A DNA stretch of 62,557 nucleotides, filler included, from Bonamia ostreae (lineage: Eukaryota): NCBI GenBank assembly GCA_040357525.1. It is 30 parts of 30 records of this genome, joined end to end, with 100 filler letters (N's around TTAATTAATTAA, not from the genome) between each part and the next. Parts side by side here need not be neighbours in the genome. Positions count along the whole stretch, not along the records: positions 60,586 to 62,557 come from JBDODL010001163.1; 29 more parts are not named here. The stretch is one strand, 5' to 3'. The notes beneath the pieces are model-generated. The model was not told the DNA's origin, ran no database searches, and worked only from the letters and a program-made list of their open reading frames with translations. This document shows positions 62,517 to 62,557 of the stretch, one piece after another. Positions within the stretch are counted from its first letter, which is position 1. Each line of letters opens with the position of its first letter. The position numbers and the translations under genes are program-made.

Positions 62517-62557
62517 GTTTTTTGCAGATTTCAAACAATATTTTTGCAAATTTTGTA

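Overview
This window is not one locus. It is 30 unrelated contigs of about 2.0 kb (2000 down to 1972 nt, sorted by length), joined by an artificial 100-nt spacer (44 N + TTAATTAATTAA + 44 N), so no synteny can be read across spacers. Two eukaryotes are mixed. About 20 contigs come from a gene-dense, AT-rich protist; its genes include eIF2B-gamma, a nucleoside transporter, FtsH/YME1-like, acylphosphatase, kinesin-5, SKA1, PI synthase, RPC11, FAM50, MYG1, RPC40, SAMDC, TDP2, SNF1/AMPK, SLY1, SMC2, H+-pyrophosphatase, UAP56, DGAT1, DDI1 and a LINE. About 10 contigs are gene-poor, repeat-rich animal DNA with an HSPA12 exon and bivalve-like repeats. My inference, not verifiable here, is an oyster parasite such as an ascetosporean/haplosporidian (e.g. 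Bonamia) plus host DNA. The most striking signals are in the protist. (1) Its spliceosomal introns are as short as 19-25 nt, mostly with GTT donors lacking +5G and A-rich AAG/TAG acceptors without a polypyrimidine tract. (2) Several introns are in-frame and stop-free. (3) A/C-rich sequence switches to G/T-rich across exons. (4) The FtsH paralog has lost all three zinc ligands. (5) Kinesin-5 and SKA1 sit head-to-head. All introns were inferred by hand from frame restoration and recalled family motifs, with no RNA data or database searches.
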